A stretch of DNA of 64,000 nt from Callorhinchus milii (lineage: Eukaryota), in contig NW_024704743.1 of assembly GCF_018977255.1 (NCBI RefSeq), positions 38,132,001 through 38,196,000 of the forward strand, read 5' to 3'. Position numbers and translations under genes: made by a program. The notes under the pieces are model-generated. The model made no database searches. It saw only the letters and a list, made by a program, of their open reading frames with translations, and was not told the origin of the DNA. Shown here piece by piece: positions 13,341 through 25,672 of this stretch (position 1 is the stretch's first letter; every line of letters starts with the position of its first letter).

Positions 13341-14197
13341 GGTGATCATATAATGTAAATCCCAACAAAATGCCTACAAATGTTGATCCAATTTTAGGCT
13401 TTCATTTACATTTCCTGTTGTTTTTGTATGTAGCAAAATCCTCTTTGCAGGTACGTTTATAAGTTTTGGTAAAATTATATGCATCCAAATTTGTATGGAA
13501 ATTGATTCATAGTTTTTTCTTTTGATGGTGAAACTCAACAATACCAACAACTTGCGCTTATATAGCACCCTCCATGCAGGGTAGAGTCTCAAAAGACTCC
13601 CTCTTTTAAGGTATTTTTTCTCTTTTAAGATGTTTACCTTTTATTTGAACACGTCCACAGCAGAGAAGATTGACGGGCGTTGAACATCCAAGTTTCTGCC
13701 CGAGAGTGGACACCAAGTGAGGCGAGGTGTTTACCCACAGGGATTTGGTTGTATTGGAGCTTGAGCTAACTTCTGCTGTAGCTGTGCACTTCCCAATTGC
13801 CTGGGTGCAGATTGTCTGCTTGCTATCTTCCCTGAGAGAATTGTATATGGCTTGGGGACACAAAAGAGGATCAGAAAAGGTTGTTTTTATGTAATAGATA
13901 AATTAAGGAGCGCAAAGAAGCACAGCACAAATGTAGGAAAATCTCGGAATTCTGGTGGTTGAATTAAATGAGAAGCTATTGAATTGTGCAACAGAATTGT
14001 AGAAACAGCCCAAGCACATTAACCAGGGGTTAATCATTTTGAAGAATCAGTTCATTCATTATTTATACTTAGCAGTAACCTCTAATAGGTACTGTATTGA
14101 ACATTAATGGTATCAATTTGCTGAATTGCATATTTTTATCAAACCTTTTTTGTAGATTCTCATACACTATTGACCTATTTACGTAATCCCAATAGAT

Positions 14198-14350
14198 GCC
14201 ATCTGTGCTGTAAGATTCTATGATTCTAATGGGGTAAGAGCAGGGGAGAGGGACTAGTTAGTAGCTCTTTCAAAGAGCCCGCACGGACACGATGGGCCAA
14301 ATGGCCTCCTTCTGTGCTGTAAGATTCTATGATTTTATAATTCTATGATG
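14198..14350 (+). mobile_element. CR1 3' terminus (tandem tails)
   Basis: cacgatgggccaaatggcctccttctgtgctgtaagattctatg; the terminal motif ctgtgctgtaagattctatgatt is present twice. Confidence 0.82.
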
Positions 14351-14863
14351 ATTCATTAAGACACACTGTAAATAGTGAATGTTTGCTTCGGGTTTTGACA
14401 AAATCAAGGGGACAAATATTTGTATCTTGCTTAATTTTTTTGCAGTTTGACTGAAGTCGAGTCTTAAGTGTTGCCTTGGGTCATTTTTTAAAAAAATATA
14501 TAGAGACATTGACTATTTTCACTGCAGGCTCCATTTTGAATGCAGGCCTGTTTCTAATCCAGTAATATTAGACGTCAGGTTTGACAGGCTGCTCGGATAA
14601 TTTGACCCAACTGAAATTTGCACTAAGGATCTCACCCATGTTTAAGTAAATTTCACTACTACCAATTTATTTATTCCTGTCAAAATTCCAGGTTTCAAGT
14701 GGTTTTCGATGTATACAAATGCATGTGCTTTGCATTACGTAAAATTGTGGAAGGAAGCTTTCCAAGTCTTTTCACCAATGCTAAAGAAGTCTTAATGTAT
14801 TAAAAGTATTAGAATACAGTATAGGGCAAAGCTGACGATAACCAATTCCCCTTTGTTATCTGC

Positions 14864-14927
14864 ATGGGGACACGACCCACACAGCTGCTTCACTCGGCAG
14901 CATTCAGTTCTGATCTTTTTGACTTCG
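14864..14927 (+). CDS. Candidate alternative first coding exon of TRIO (MGTRPTQLLHSAAFSSDLFDF-G)
   Basis: ATGG start, 21 open codons plus 1 nt, and a consensus donor CG|gtgagt in phase 1, matching the phase-1 acceptor at 46039. Non-repetitive context. No transcript evidence. Confidence 0.45.
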
Positions 14928-15334
14928 GTGAGTGCTAATGACCTCATTGGGGAGCTGACTTTGAGTGCTCAGTGGTACGAGGGAGATGAATTAACATCAG
15001 TAAAGACATAGTGCTTAACCCAGTGGTGCTTCTATAATTGTCATTTCGACCACGTTGTGTTAATTTAACTTACTCACATTATTGAGCTCTAATTCCCCGA
15101 AATCATGTTCCCCAATGATGTCATCAGACACTCTTGTTTAAACACAAATGTTCAAAAACAATCAACCTAAATTTGAAGAAAAACAAACCTATGTTAAAAT
15201 CATAATTCATTGCATCATTTAAAAAATATTCTGGTGAGTGTTGAATTTGCAGTGAAGGAAAGCTTTTGGGTCGTCAACATCAAGTGCTCCTAAGGCAGGA
15301 ATGCCAGCTGCAGAATAAAGCTCCTGATACTTAA

Positions 15335-15530
15335 ATAATAATTCCTGCTTTAGATATAGTGCTTTTCACGTCACAAGGAAGTCTCAAAGCGCTTCACGGG
15401 ATTTATTGCAAAGTGTAGGGTATTTAGTAGGTAAACATGACAGCTAATTTGCACACAGCAATGTCCCCAAAACAGCCATTCGTGAATGACTAATTCATTC
15501 TGGGGGATTTTTGACCAGAACACCAGGAGG
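15335..15530 (-). mobile_element. Degenerate SINE 3' fragment
   Basis: gatatagtgcttttcacgtc...ctcaaagcgcttcac...cacagcaatgtcccc. Confidence 0.75.
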
Positions 15531-15699
15531 CCACTGAACATTTACACTAGTATAATCGAGTCTGTTTTAAATTAATGTTTTGTTTCCAGTTTTTTCTCAA
15601 TTGAATATTATGGCATATTTGGTATAAAAGGGACTTTCTTTGTTTGGCAGGTGGTTACAATTGATGCCTCCTCCAGATCAGTTATCCGATCTCGCTTTT

Positions 15700-16720
15700 T
15701 CACCCTATGTTTCAGTGACCTGGATACAGAATTAGATGGGACAACAGTATTTCTAAGTTTGTAGACGACATTAAGCAAGGAGCTGCTGCAAATTATGAAG
15801 GGAACAGGCGAAAAATGAAAAAGACACAATAATAATCCTTGCATTTGATATAGCGCTTTTCACGTCGGGAGGACGTCCCAAAGCGCTTCACAGAACACAC
15901 TGTAAAGTGAATTGACTGTATATTTGTGGGTGAACGCGGCAGCCAATTGCGCACAGCAATGTCCCACAAACAGTCGTAGATTGAAAATGACCAATTTATT
16001 TTTGGTTTTGGAGGGATTATTATTAAGCTCTGTGTGGAGTAAGGAAACTTGCCCAAGGTTTCGCCCTCTGCCTGGAATTGAACTCAGGTCTCTCGCTTGC
16101 AAAGCGAGTGCTCTAACCACTGAGCTACAGGACTCCTACATAGACAGATTAAGCAAGTGGCAGAGCTATGGCACATGGAGTTTAACATTGCAGAGTGTGA
16201 AGTACACTTGGGCCAGAAGCATAATAGTTTTCAGTATGTTCTAAATCAGGAAGCACGAGAAGTGTTAGATGAGCAAAGATCTAGGGGTTCAAGTTCACGG
16301 ATCATTGTAAGTTAATTTGCTGGTGCAGAAAGCAGTCAACAGGTGAATGAAATTGTGGCATTTATTCCAAAAGCAAGTTATAAGATAAAAATGTTTCAAA
16401 GTAAGTTAATTTCTCCATTTATATTCTCCATTTTTAGAGTAATGTGTTCAGTTTTCTGCTTCAGTCAAAGGACACGCTTTGAGGGTGTCCAGTGAATGTT
16501 CACTAGATTAGTACCTGAGTTGAAAAGGCTTATCTACGAATGAGAGGCTGGATAGACTGGGTTAGATCAGAGAAGATTAGTAGTGATTTAATTAAGTACT
16601 CCACTTATTAATGTGTGGTGCATTTCAATGACAAGATTTTCCAAGATCCAGTAGTCAAGTCGAACAGGCTCGATGGGCTGGAATAGCTTTCCTTCTTATT
16701 TTTGTATGTTCCTATATTCC
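15700..16720 (+). mobile_element. Degenerate CR1 LINE fragment interrupted by SINE 15828-16136
   Basis: tctaagtttgtagacgacattaag (SKFVDDIK), atagacagattaagcaagtgg, gatctaggggttcaagttc, and 3' UTR caggctcgatgggctggaatagc. Confidence 0.8.
15828..16136 (-). mobile_element. Full-length tRNA-derived SINE (young short subfamily), inserted into a CR1 fragment
   Basis: Minus strand begins GGAGTCCTGTAGCTCAGTGGTTAGAGCACTCGCTTTGCAAGCGAG...GAGTTCAATTCC (A box, TGC anticodon-like arm, B box) and ends AAGCGCTTTGGGACGTCCTCCCGACGTGAAAAGCGCTATATCAAATGCAAGG(ATT)n. Near-identical to 44987-45307. Confidence 0.93.
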
Positions 16721-16984
16721 TTAATGACCTATTATATCTATGAGTCTGAGTCTCACTGATGTATTTGAATACTTCTATGGACATGCTTATCCTAAAGATC
16801 ACTGTTATGAGAAGTTTTTAAAAGGCTTAGCTATAGTCTTTAATACTAGCGACCTGGAATATTGTCTCCACTTTTCAAGATACTCTGTATGGAAAAAATT
16901 GTTGGGCATAGGTAAGCAAGAAGTTTGCAATTTAAATAATATGAATCAAAATGACTATTATTAATATTTTAAACTACTTTATAG

Positions 16985-17115
16985 TAATAAAAATCCTTGC
17001 ATTTCATATAGCACATCGAGACATCTCAAAGCAAATCAGTTTTTTTAAGCTAATTGTGTATTTGTAGGCAAATGTGGCAGCCAATTTGTGCACAGCAATG
17101 TCCCACAAAAATTGT
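16985..17115 (-). mobile_element. SINE 3' fragment
   Basis: aatccttgcatttcatatagc...gcagccaatttgtgcacagcaatgtcccacaaa. Confidence 0.8.
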
Positions 17116-17485
17116 GGATTACTGTAGCTCAGTGGTTAGAGCACTCACCTCGCAAGCGAGAGGACCCGGGTTTGATTCCTGGGCAAGGTGAAACGTTAGG
17201 CAAGTTTCCTTACTCCACACACCCTTGTTTACAGCAGTAAGTAGGAATCCGGTTGTTATTCGATTCGTGGATCACTTTTCCAGAGGTAATAGCCCCTTCC
17301 AAAAAAATTTGATCACTCAATCCACGACTGTTCGTGGAACCCTGCTGTGTGCAATTGGTTGCTGCATTTTGCTCACAAATATAGTCAATTCACTTTACAA
17401 TGTATTCTGTGAAGCGCTTTAAGACGTATTGAAGGCGTGATAAGGTGCTATATCAAATGCAAAGATTATTAGGATTATTATTATT
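17116..17485 (+). mobile_element. Full-length tRNA-derived SINE (long form), directly preceded by an inverted 3' half copy
   Basis: ctgtagctcagtggttagagcactc...gggtttgattcc head and gtgctatatcaaatgcaaag(att)n tail. Confidence 0.9.
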
Positions 17486-17597
17486 GAAGTGATGCTTGCA
17501 ATAAGGGTGAAAATCTGTGAAGTGTTTGAAGGAGTATTACAAAAAAATGTTAATAGCATTGCTGATTGTGGGACTATGATGCAGTTTAAAGTTTCAG

Positions 17598-17746
17598 GCG
17601 GCTGAAACTCTTGTTCATGCCTTCATCACCTCCAGGCTCCACTATGAAAACTCCCTGCTTGTCGGCCTTCCCAACTCGACACTGTCCAGCGCCTTGGGAC
17701 GTCCTCCCGACGTGAAAAGCGCTATACAAATGTAATGTTGTTGTTT
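17598..17746 (+). mobile_element. L2-clade LINE fragment: ORF2 C-terminal motif fused to the 3' tail
   Basis: Translates AAETLVHAFITSRLHYENSLLVGLP (L2 motif LVHAFITSRLDYCNSLL.GLP), followed by gggacgtcctcccgacgtgaaaagcgctatacaaatg..(gtt)n. Confidence 0.85.
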
Positions 17747-19815
17747 AAAAGCAATGATGTAACAAAGCAGAATTATTGCTACAAAATGTAAAAAAAAGGA
17801 GATGTATATTTACCAAACAAACTGAAGTGCATATTTACCAAAATTCTGATGCAATTTTTTTCATGTTCTATGGTTGGTTGTTAGAGCTGAGTATGATGTT
17901 TGATTTCACACATTGATTGTTCCAAATGATTATTTTTGCAGAATGAAATTTGCTTCAATGGCAGTTGTTAGAACAAAATCTGCATCATTGGGTTCAGTAA
18001 GCACTCAGCAGATTTTATATATGTAGAGGATATTTATGGTAAGTAATATTGGCTAAAAGGGGTCTACTTGTGAAGCCAGATACATCTATAGATTGAGTTT
18101 GATTTTCGCTTTTAATTTATTGTAGATTGAGAACGTGTCCGCTGTTTCACAAATTGATTCCCATTCATCATAGAAAGAGCCAGGCTGGATCCCTGTCCCA
18201 GCCTGTTTTTGCTGTGCGTGTACTTATGGAAATAAAGATTGCAAATCCTTGTGAAACTGGTTAAATTGTGCTTTAAAGAAACGGAATACTGGCATATATT
18301 GGTCAATCTGTTGATTTTAAATGCCCCAAAGTCATCCCCAAGCTGCACTGTGCTCTTGTCAGCCTGCACCTGGAATACGTACACAAGAACAACCACAACA
18401 TCGTTCAATCTTGTCTTCATCCCACTTCCTCAAACGTACATCTCCTGGAGGGGTTAATGATCAGGAATTGGGACTTTGGTTGATATTGTTCTCCCCTCTA
18501 GCCCAGGATGCTAAGGAGCACTGCTAGTAATTACACCTCCTCGTGTTTCCCTTGCTGAAAAGAGGTAAATAAACAAGCAAAAATATAGTCTAGTTTTATT
18601 AGAATGGTTGGTTGCAAAGAAATCCTGCTTCTCTCTTTTGTGAATGTAGGTTTGTTGGTTATAATCTTTCTATATTTGTCAGTTTTGTGTGCATCTGAGT
18701 GGTGGTAGAAAGCAGGGAGGGAGTCATTGTGTTCTAATGTTAGAAAAGGAAGTCGGTCTTTGTTGCAGATACTTTTCACAACAGGAAAACTGGCCTTTTT
18801 ATCACCCTGTTATTTATTAGTAATGCAAAACATTTGTTATTCCTGAGATAAAATGTTTCTGAGCTCAAAAAGCACATTGAAAAGACCGGGGAGACTTGGC
18901 TTGACAGCATTCTTTGAGGAAGTAATGCTACTTGTATTGTGTAACCTATGTATCTTGAATATGCATCTCATCCAACCAGAGGTAATATTCAATCTGTCTC
19001 CATTAGTTGGGAGCATTCCTAGTTTGTAGCTTCCATTGACTGACCCTTAGTACACACGGTTTATACAATCATTGTGGCATTTTGATCATTGTTCTATTTA
19101 CCCATACAGTGGTTTATTTTTNAAAAAATGGGATTTCAAATTTTCTATTAACACTTTCGTTCTGGTTTTGTAAATGTGCTTCTCTGTGGTTGCCATAAAA
19201 TTTGGTACGAATGCTGCTATTTTAAAGTTTATTACAGACCATAATTTTTATTTGCTATTTTTGAAATTGGAGCCATTTACAAAGTATTGCATTGTTGTGA
19301 AATCATTTTTTTTGGAACAGCAAACAGTCAGCAGAGCAGTAAATTCTGTCTGGAATGTATTCAAACCTAGATCTGTCTCTGTTTTGGTGAAGGGTTAAAG
19401 ACTGCGCAACCGTAAAATCCTTTCAGTTTTATTATCTTGACGTGGTACTGGCCAATAATTAGGTTTACTAGGTTTTTCTGCATGACTGAACAGTCATTTT
19501 CTCCCCTCACCCAGCACTAAAAGCACAAATTGAAGAGAGTTTAAGGGATAAGAAAGTCCCAACACGTGGAACGGTAGAGCACGTGGAGGATATTATGTGA
19601 CTATTAAAAATAGCCACCTTTTTCTCTTTACTATAAGTAGCTCCTGTAAATTTGTGTGTTGGGCTGCTTGCTGCACAGCGAAAACTAGCAAATCCCGCTG
19701 GTGCATTTGAGTGAACTGCAGCTTTGTGTGAACTCGAATAAACACTGCACGGATGCACAGCAGAAGCTGGTAGCAGAAGCTGAGCTGAGGACTGAACACA
19801 TTGCTTGTGAACGTC

Positions 19816-20125
19816 TAATAATAATAATCCTTGCATTTGATATAGCGCTTTTCACGTCTTCTAGAAGTCTCAAAGCGCTTCACAGAATAGACTCTAAAGT
19901 GAATTGACTGTATATTTGTGGGTGAAATGCAGCATCCAATTGCGCACAGCAGTGTCCCACAAACAGTCATGGATTTAAATGACCAATTTATTATTGGGGT
20001 TTTTTGAGGGATTATTATCAAGCGTGTGGAGTAAGGAAACTTGCCCAAGGTTTCGCCCTGCCGGGAATCAAACCTGGGTCTCTTGCTTGCAAAGCAAGTG
20101 CTCTAACTACTGAGCTACAGGACTC
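19816..20125 (-). mobile_element. Full-length tRNA-derived SINE (short form, TAGAA-loop tail)
   Basis: Head, body and (ATT)n tail are homologous to the other copies. Confidence 0.92.
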
Positions 20126-21842
20126 AACTAATGGACTCTGAAGCTATGACAGCCCAAAGGAGAAAGTGGAAAGACACTGACTCTAGTTAGCTAGGTTAGC
20201 AGGTGCAATGAATAATGCAGAGGCATAAATCATCTGTGTGTACCCTTTTTGTTTTAGAGCTACTTCCATCTGTGCAGTTGCCCTAATGTTTGCGAAAGCA
20301 TAACAGGGCTTACTGGTTTGGCAGTGGGTATTACTTTAGCTTTGATCAAAAAATTGCTTTGATTCACCAAAGTCACCACTTGCAACCATGTTATTTACCT
20401 ATGCATAGAACCATTTCCCCACTGAGAGTGTGGCTGCCTGTTCTCCAAGTCGACTGTTCTCTAGTTTCAAGTGGCATGTAAGCAGGGCCCTGCATGTCAT
20501 TAACAACTGACACATCTCCAATTTGTTGTTCAGCTACTCAAAGTACCATGACTAACCTTCTGACTGTCAGTTTCATGCCCTCAGATTTTAAAAAAAGTCT
20601 AATTGTGACCTTTCCATCATGGCAAGGATTATACAGCAGAGTTCCCCTGCCACCACTTAATTTACATTCTGATTCATGCTGCTTAACCCTTTACTACCAA
20701 CCTCTTAAAAGAGATGCTTAAATAATAGTCCATTTTACATACAGTGACGATTTGTTTTCATTGTAAATTTCTGGTTCAATCAGATAATAAATAATTAAGA
20801 TTAAGTACTATCACTGTGTCCCTGTACTGTGGTTCAGGGCTGCAAATCAGGAAGTTTGCTTTCTCTCTCCCATATGAATTTCCTGTGAATTTAAACTCAG
20901 TGTCAGCCAGCACTGCAAACTGCAATATAGGTTAATGAGATCTGGAGTGCAGTTAATTCAACCTGATTCATGTCCTGCTGGTAGAAAACACCTGATGTGA
21001 ATCTCCTGTTGTATTAAAGCAAAAATTAAAGATTGACACATGTGTTTCACCAGGTAATTTAATTTGAGTTTCTCAAGCACATAAATTAACTTGGAACAAT
21101 CCTCCTTTCCCCGCTGCTAAGAGACAGAATGAACCTGATTTTGAGTTGGTTTAGATCTTTCAGGTCTGGAATATAAACTAGGTGTAGGGTCTCCTCACAT
21201 GGTGCCTTTTTAGCTAGAATTTATGGGATATTTTACAGGCCATGCCAGAGTAATGGATGCATATAGAATCCAATACTACCATTTTAGGAAAGGAGGATGG
21301 GGACATCTGAGAAAATGAAAGCCATTTATCAAGGAAATGCATTATCAAAATGACTAGAAATTGTAATGTATGATATTATTGCCCACAGCAACATCATTCA
21401 TTTTGTCAATTATTTCAGAAAATATTTACTGAAGAGAATTTTTTTTGAAGTCTAGCATTTTATTTCGAGTGCAACCTGATTGTTTTTCTTGCCACTATTT
21501 CTGTAGGATCTTCAGTAATACACTTACTTTCTGCAGAGCTTTTAGTGAAGTTCATTTACTGAAATTCAGTTATTCACTGAATAACTGCGTTCTCTGTGGC
21601 TGGTACATTTCTGTTGACAATTCTCGAAGTGCAGTCTTTGAAGTGACTCAATAAAACTATTGCAATAGCTTTGCTTTCCTTCACCTTTTAAATTTCAGCA
21701 TTAAAAGCAGTTTATCTGGTCTCAGCAATGTCAGGAGTGCAGTGTTTGAAATGTATTTCAGAAATCTCTCCCTCTCTGCCATTTACTCTTGATTTTTCTG
21801 TAACATTCTGGTTTTCTCTGTATGCCTCTCTTATCTTTCATT

Positions 21843-22293
21843 GAGTCCTGTAGCGAATTGGTCTGAGCACCAGCCTCTCAAGCCAAGTTCGATTCCTGGG
21901 CAGGGTGAAACCTTAGGCAAGTTTCCTTACTCCACGTGCCTTTGTTTACCTAGTAGTAAGTAGGAACCCAGCTGTTGGTTGATTGGTGGATTGCTCTCCT
22001 GGGGTAATAATCCTTTAAAAATAATAATAATAATAATTTGGTCACTCAATCCATGACTGTTTGTGGGATACTGCTGTGTGCAATTGGCTGCTGCGTTTTG
22101 CCCACAAAATATTCTGTCTATTATCTGTGAGGCGCGTTTTGAGACATCTCAACGATGTGATGAGGCCCTATACCAAATGCAAGGATTAAACATACAGTGA
22201 ATTCACCTTACAGTATATTCTGTGAAGTACTTTGAGACATCTAGAAGACGTAAAAAGGCGCTATATATATCAAATGCAAGGATTATTATTATT
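21843..22293 (+). mobile_element. tRNA-derived SINE (long form) with a duplicated 3' tail
   Basis: Degenerate head gagtcctgtagcgaattgg...gttcgattcc. The tail motif ctgtga...tttgagacatct...aaatgcaaggatt occurs twice (~22125-22188 and ~22190-22293). Confidence 0.85.
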
Positions 22294-22422
22294 ATCTCTT
22301 TCTCTGTGCCACACTATCTGCCACTCATCTTTCTCTCTCTGCCATTCGCATCTCTCTTGTTCGCTGTCACTCTCATCCCTCTTTCCCACTCTCTCTCTTC
22401 TGCCACTCTCATCCCTCTCTCC
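22294..22422 (+). repeat. CT-rich low-complexity tract between two tail-to-tail SINEs
   Basis: Degenerate (ct)n with repeated ccactctc/tccctct units. Confidence 0.75.
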
Positions 22423-22424
22423 TT

Positions 22425-22806
22425 GTAATCCTTGCATTTAATATGGTACATGGTCAAGATGTCTCAAAGTGCTTCATAGAATTTTACTGTTAAGTGTACT
22501 GACCATGTATTTTTAGATGAACGAGGCAGCCAATTTGCGCACAGTGGTGACCCACAAACAGCCATGGAGTCAATGTCCAATTTTTTTATTTTGGGGACTG
22601 TTGGCCGGGACACTGGGGAAAAACTCTCATTCTCTTTTTGGATAGTGTCATGGGATCTTTAACATCCATCAGAACAGGCAGATGGGACGTTAGAACAACA
22701 TCTTATCTGAAGGATGCCACCTCTGACAATGGAGCATCGTCTTGGACTGTGGGTTCAAAGTCCCTTCGGACTCAGAGGCAAGAGTCCGATAAACTGAGCC
22801 AGGCTT
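22425..22806 (-). mobile_element. Deu-domain SINE
   Basis: Tail, then gtgtcatgggatctttaacatcc...catcttatctgaaggatgccacctctgacaat, then head remnant actcagaggcaagag...aactgagccaggct. Confidence 0.75.
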
Positions 22807-25284
22807 ACAACTGGTTATAGTGTAATTGTGATCTTGCACGCAACTACGCACATGTGCACAACCCATTTTTTGGTTCAGGATCCAGCCATTTTTGTAAAGA
22901 GGTCACACCGCAATCGTACTTTTGACATTCCAAATCCAGACTGTCAGCCAGGTTCTGTGTGTCGTGAGGGAAGAAAGTACTCGTACATTACTGTAAAAAG
23001 TAGTTGAAATCTTTTCTGTGTAACCAGAATATGCAGCATTTATTTGGTGAATGTCTTTTCTCATTGAGTGAATTGGGCCTTGATCATGTGCTGTGGAGAA
23101 AGTTGCTTATCACATTTATTCAGCCAACTACTGCTTTGTATTGGCTTTAATGGTCATGAAGATACTGTGATTGAATGAGAGAGGAAGACAGTGGCAGCTG
23201 AATAAAACAGATTGTGTTCACTGGAAGAAATGAATTGTTTTACAAGCGTGTTGACACTTTACTGGTGGTTGAACTTGAGCCTAAAGGATAGTTTATCTAC
23301 TTTTAATGAATCAATGTGTTTTACACACTGCAGTAACTTCAGGACACTGTTAGTGTATACAATACTGTTAACACACTCCTTTAATGCTCCGTAACCTGAT
23401 AGATAGCAATGGCCTTTAGGGTTTTAAATTCTGGCCTGAGCCAAACCAGATTTGTTTCTCCTCACCAATTGTCAACCTACCTCTTATGTTGAAGATGTTT
23501 GACCATTGTTTTACTTCTAGTTTCACAGGCATCAATACCTCACCCAATGTGTGAGCCTTGATAGCTATTTAACGGCAAAGGGTTTTCAAAGGCCTGCTGT
23601 CCATACGTGTGCACATCCAGCAGGGATCTCTGGATAGCTATCAGGAATGGAAAATGAATTAATCCCCCCCCCAAGAATCTGTGGCCAATTGTAATGCCTC
23701 TATTGTTGCCTTAAATAAGATTAGCTAACTCAACACAGTGTGAACCTGGGACCTTTTCATTCTGTACAGCACAAGCTTCTCATTGGATAAAGCTGCTGAG
23801 CCTTCAAGCGAGCTTTATCGAGTCATTTATTTCAGCATAATATTCTAAACCTCTTATGTTTCTTTTAAAAAAGGTTTCAGGCATCAATGGTATTGAGCTA
23901 ATCGCTATTTGCTGTGCATTGAGAAATTAGAGATTTATCTGTGAAGCCTTTTGGAATCTATTGCATCAACATAATACGTTCTACTCCAAATTCCAATGTT
24001 GTTCCAGAAAAGCTCGCTTTAAATTTATTATTTAACTGAAGATCTACAAAAACAGTTATGTGCAATTTATTGTTTCAAATTATAAAGACTTAAAACAGTG
24101 CCTAATTTTATAAGATATGTGAAAAAAAATTTGCATGATAAAAATTCTGGAGGCAGGCTCAAAAGCTTAAAAGGCTTGTGACTAGCTGTGGGTCATCTGA
24201 GTACTGCATTGTCAGGGATGTGCGAACATTATCTCCTTCAGACTGGATTAGATATTGCTGGATGCAGCTGTGACCAGAGAACTTGCAACAGCCTGACTGA
24301 AATGTACGGCCTGAGCCATAGCCATGCTTGGTGTGGTGATTGGCTGGTGCTCTGAATCAGGCTCTCTGAAGGGGAGGTGGGGAGGAAGACAGGAACGATG
24401 ACTTCATCTTTTAAGCTCTCTATCGCATTGATCACGTGGTAGATGCCCTATAATTGGTGAGGATTCCGGTTGCACAATGGTGCCAGGTTTTATCATCTCG
24501 AGCTGTTTAATGTAGCAGTATTTGTAATTCAATAGAATTATTGCTGCTGTGCTGTGGGTCCTCAGAAATTACTTTCTTCCCTGAACAGACGCATGCAATT
24601 TTTTTTTTGCCTTATCAGAGTAGAGACTGCGTGCATTAAGGACTCAAATGCAGTCATTTCTATCATGTGCTTCAGGCCGTAAGACCAGTAACTCTGACAG
24701 TGTTGCCTCTAGCACCTGCCAATTTATCTTATTAAAATGTATATCAGTGGCTTCCTGGTCGTGATTTTTTTAGTATCAATCATACGATCTGTGAAAGAAT
24801 GCTGTTATTCATAAGAATTGTCTTGAAGGTATTTTTAATGGGTTTAGCACGTGCAGAAACGCACAGGTTTGCTCATTTCTACTGTATTACGTTACAATCT
24901 AGCGTACAAAAATTTTGTTTTGCTTCCTTTTGAATGTTTGCATTTGATAAAATTCTTTCCCTTGTGAAATATACGTAATAGCTTCCCAAGCTTTTCTGCG
25001 GCGATGTACTTGCACTTGTAAGATCCATATGGCTGTGATATATATAACCAAAATAATATTTTTAGAATTTCCAGTCGGATTTTCCAGTTAACAGCTCCCA
25101 GGAATGGTTGTCTCAAACCTTCTGCCTTGCCATATATTCCCAATACTTGAGGCCTTTTTAAGAAATATTTTTAAGAAAATATCAACACAACAGCTCAATA
25201 CAAATTTACATTTCTATAGCATTTTTCACATTTGGGAGGACTCCGAAAGAACGTAAATATCAAGTGCTTTAAATGATCATCTTT

Positions 25285-25672
25285 GCTGACCTGCTGTAGA
25301 AACTGATCACCGTGCTTGAGTATCAAAACCAAACTGAGAATTCCATGCATCCATCTACAATGGAAATCCCAGAGATACTGTTGGAATGGAACGCGCACTC
25401 GCTCCCTGGAGGGACGCATCCTGCTTACCTAATTCTGGAAAGAATTAGGCTCAGGTTGGCAGCAGCAAAGACTTGGGGAACCCAGAGTGTGCGTTGGGTT
25501 ACTGCTGGAGTCTAACCAGCTTGGCATTGATAGCAGGGTCTGTTCACCTTTTCCTCTGCTTGTCCAGCGAGGACCACCCTACCCATGAGGGCTTTGGCTT
25601 GCAGGGTTAACAGGAGCTGAGTGGGAGGATTCCCTGCCCTAATTGACTGGTCTGCCTTCCAAGTCCTGCTTG
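25285..25672 (-). mobile_element. A-tailed retroposon family copy
   Basis: ccctggagggacgcatcctgcttacctaattctggaaag...cccagagtgtgcgttggg. Confidence 0.8.

Noticed and set aside
15793..16056. Recurring ORFs of the type MGKFPYST...KRYIKCKDYYY (also 19815, 44928, 40385)
   Set aside because: Translations of SINE copies; the similarity reflects the repeat, not a protein family.
16060..16136. tRNA-Ala(TGC)-like sequence on the minus strand (also ~17116, ~20060, ~29630, ~37100, ~45240)
   Set aside because: Always attached to the same SINE body and tail and lacks a proper acceptor stem; these are SINE heads, not tRNA genes.
19122..19122. Ambiguous base n (another at 40029)
   Set aside because: Single-base assembly ambiguities next to homopolymers; no biological meaning.
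24240..24480. GC-richer block with an ATG in good Kozak context and a ttg|gtgagg donor-like site
   Set aside because: The ATG frame stops (TGG TAG) before the donor, and the alternative ATG is phase 2, incompatible with exon 2. No further support.
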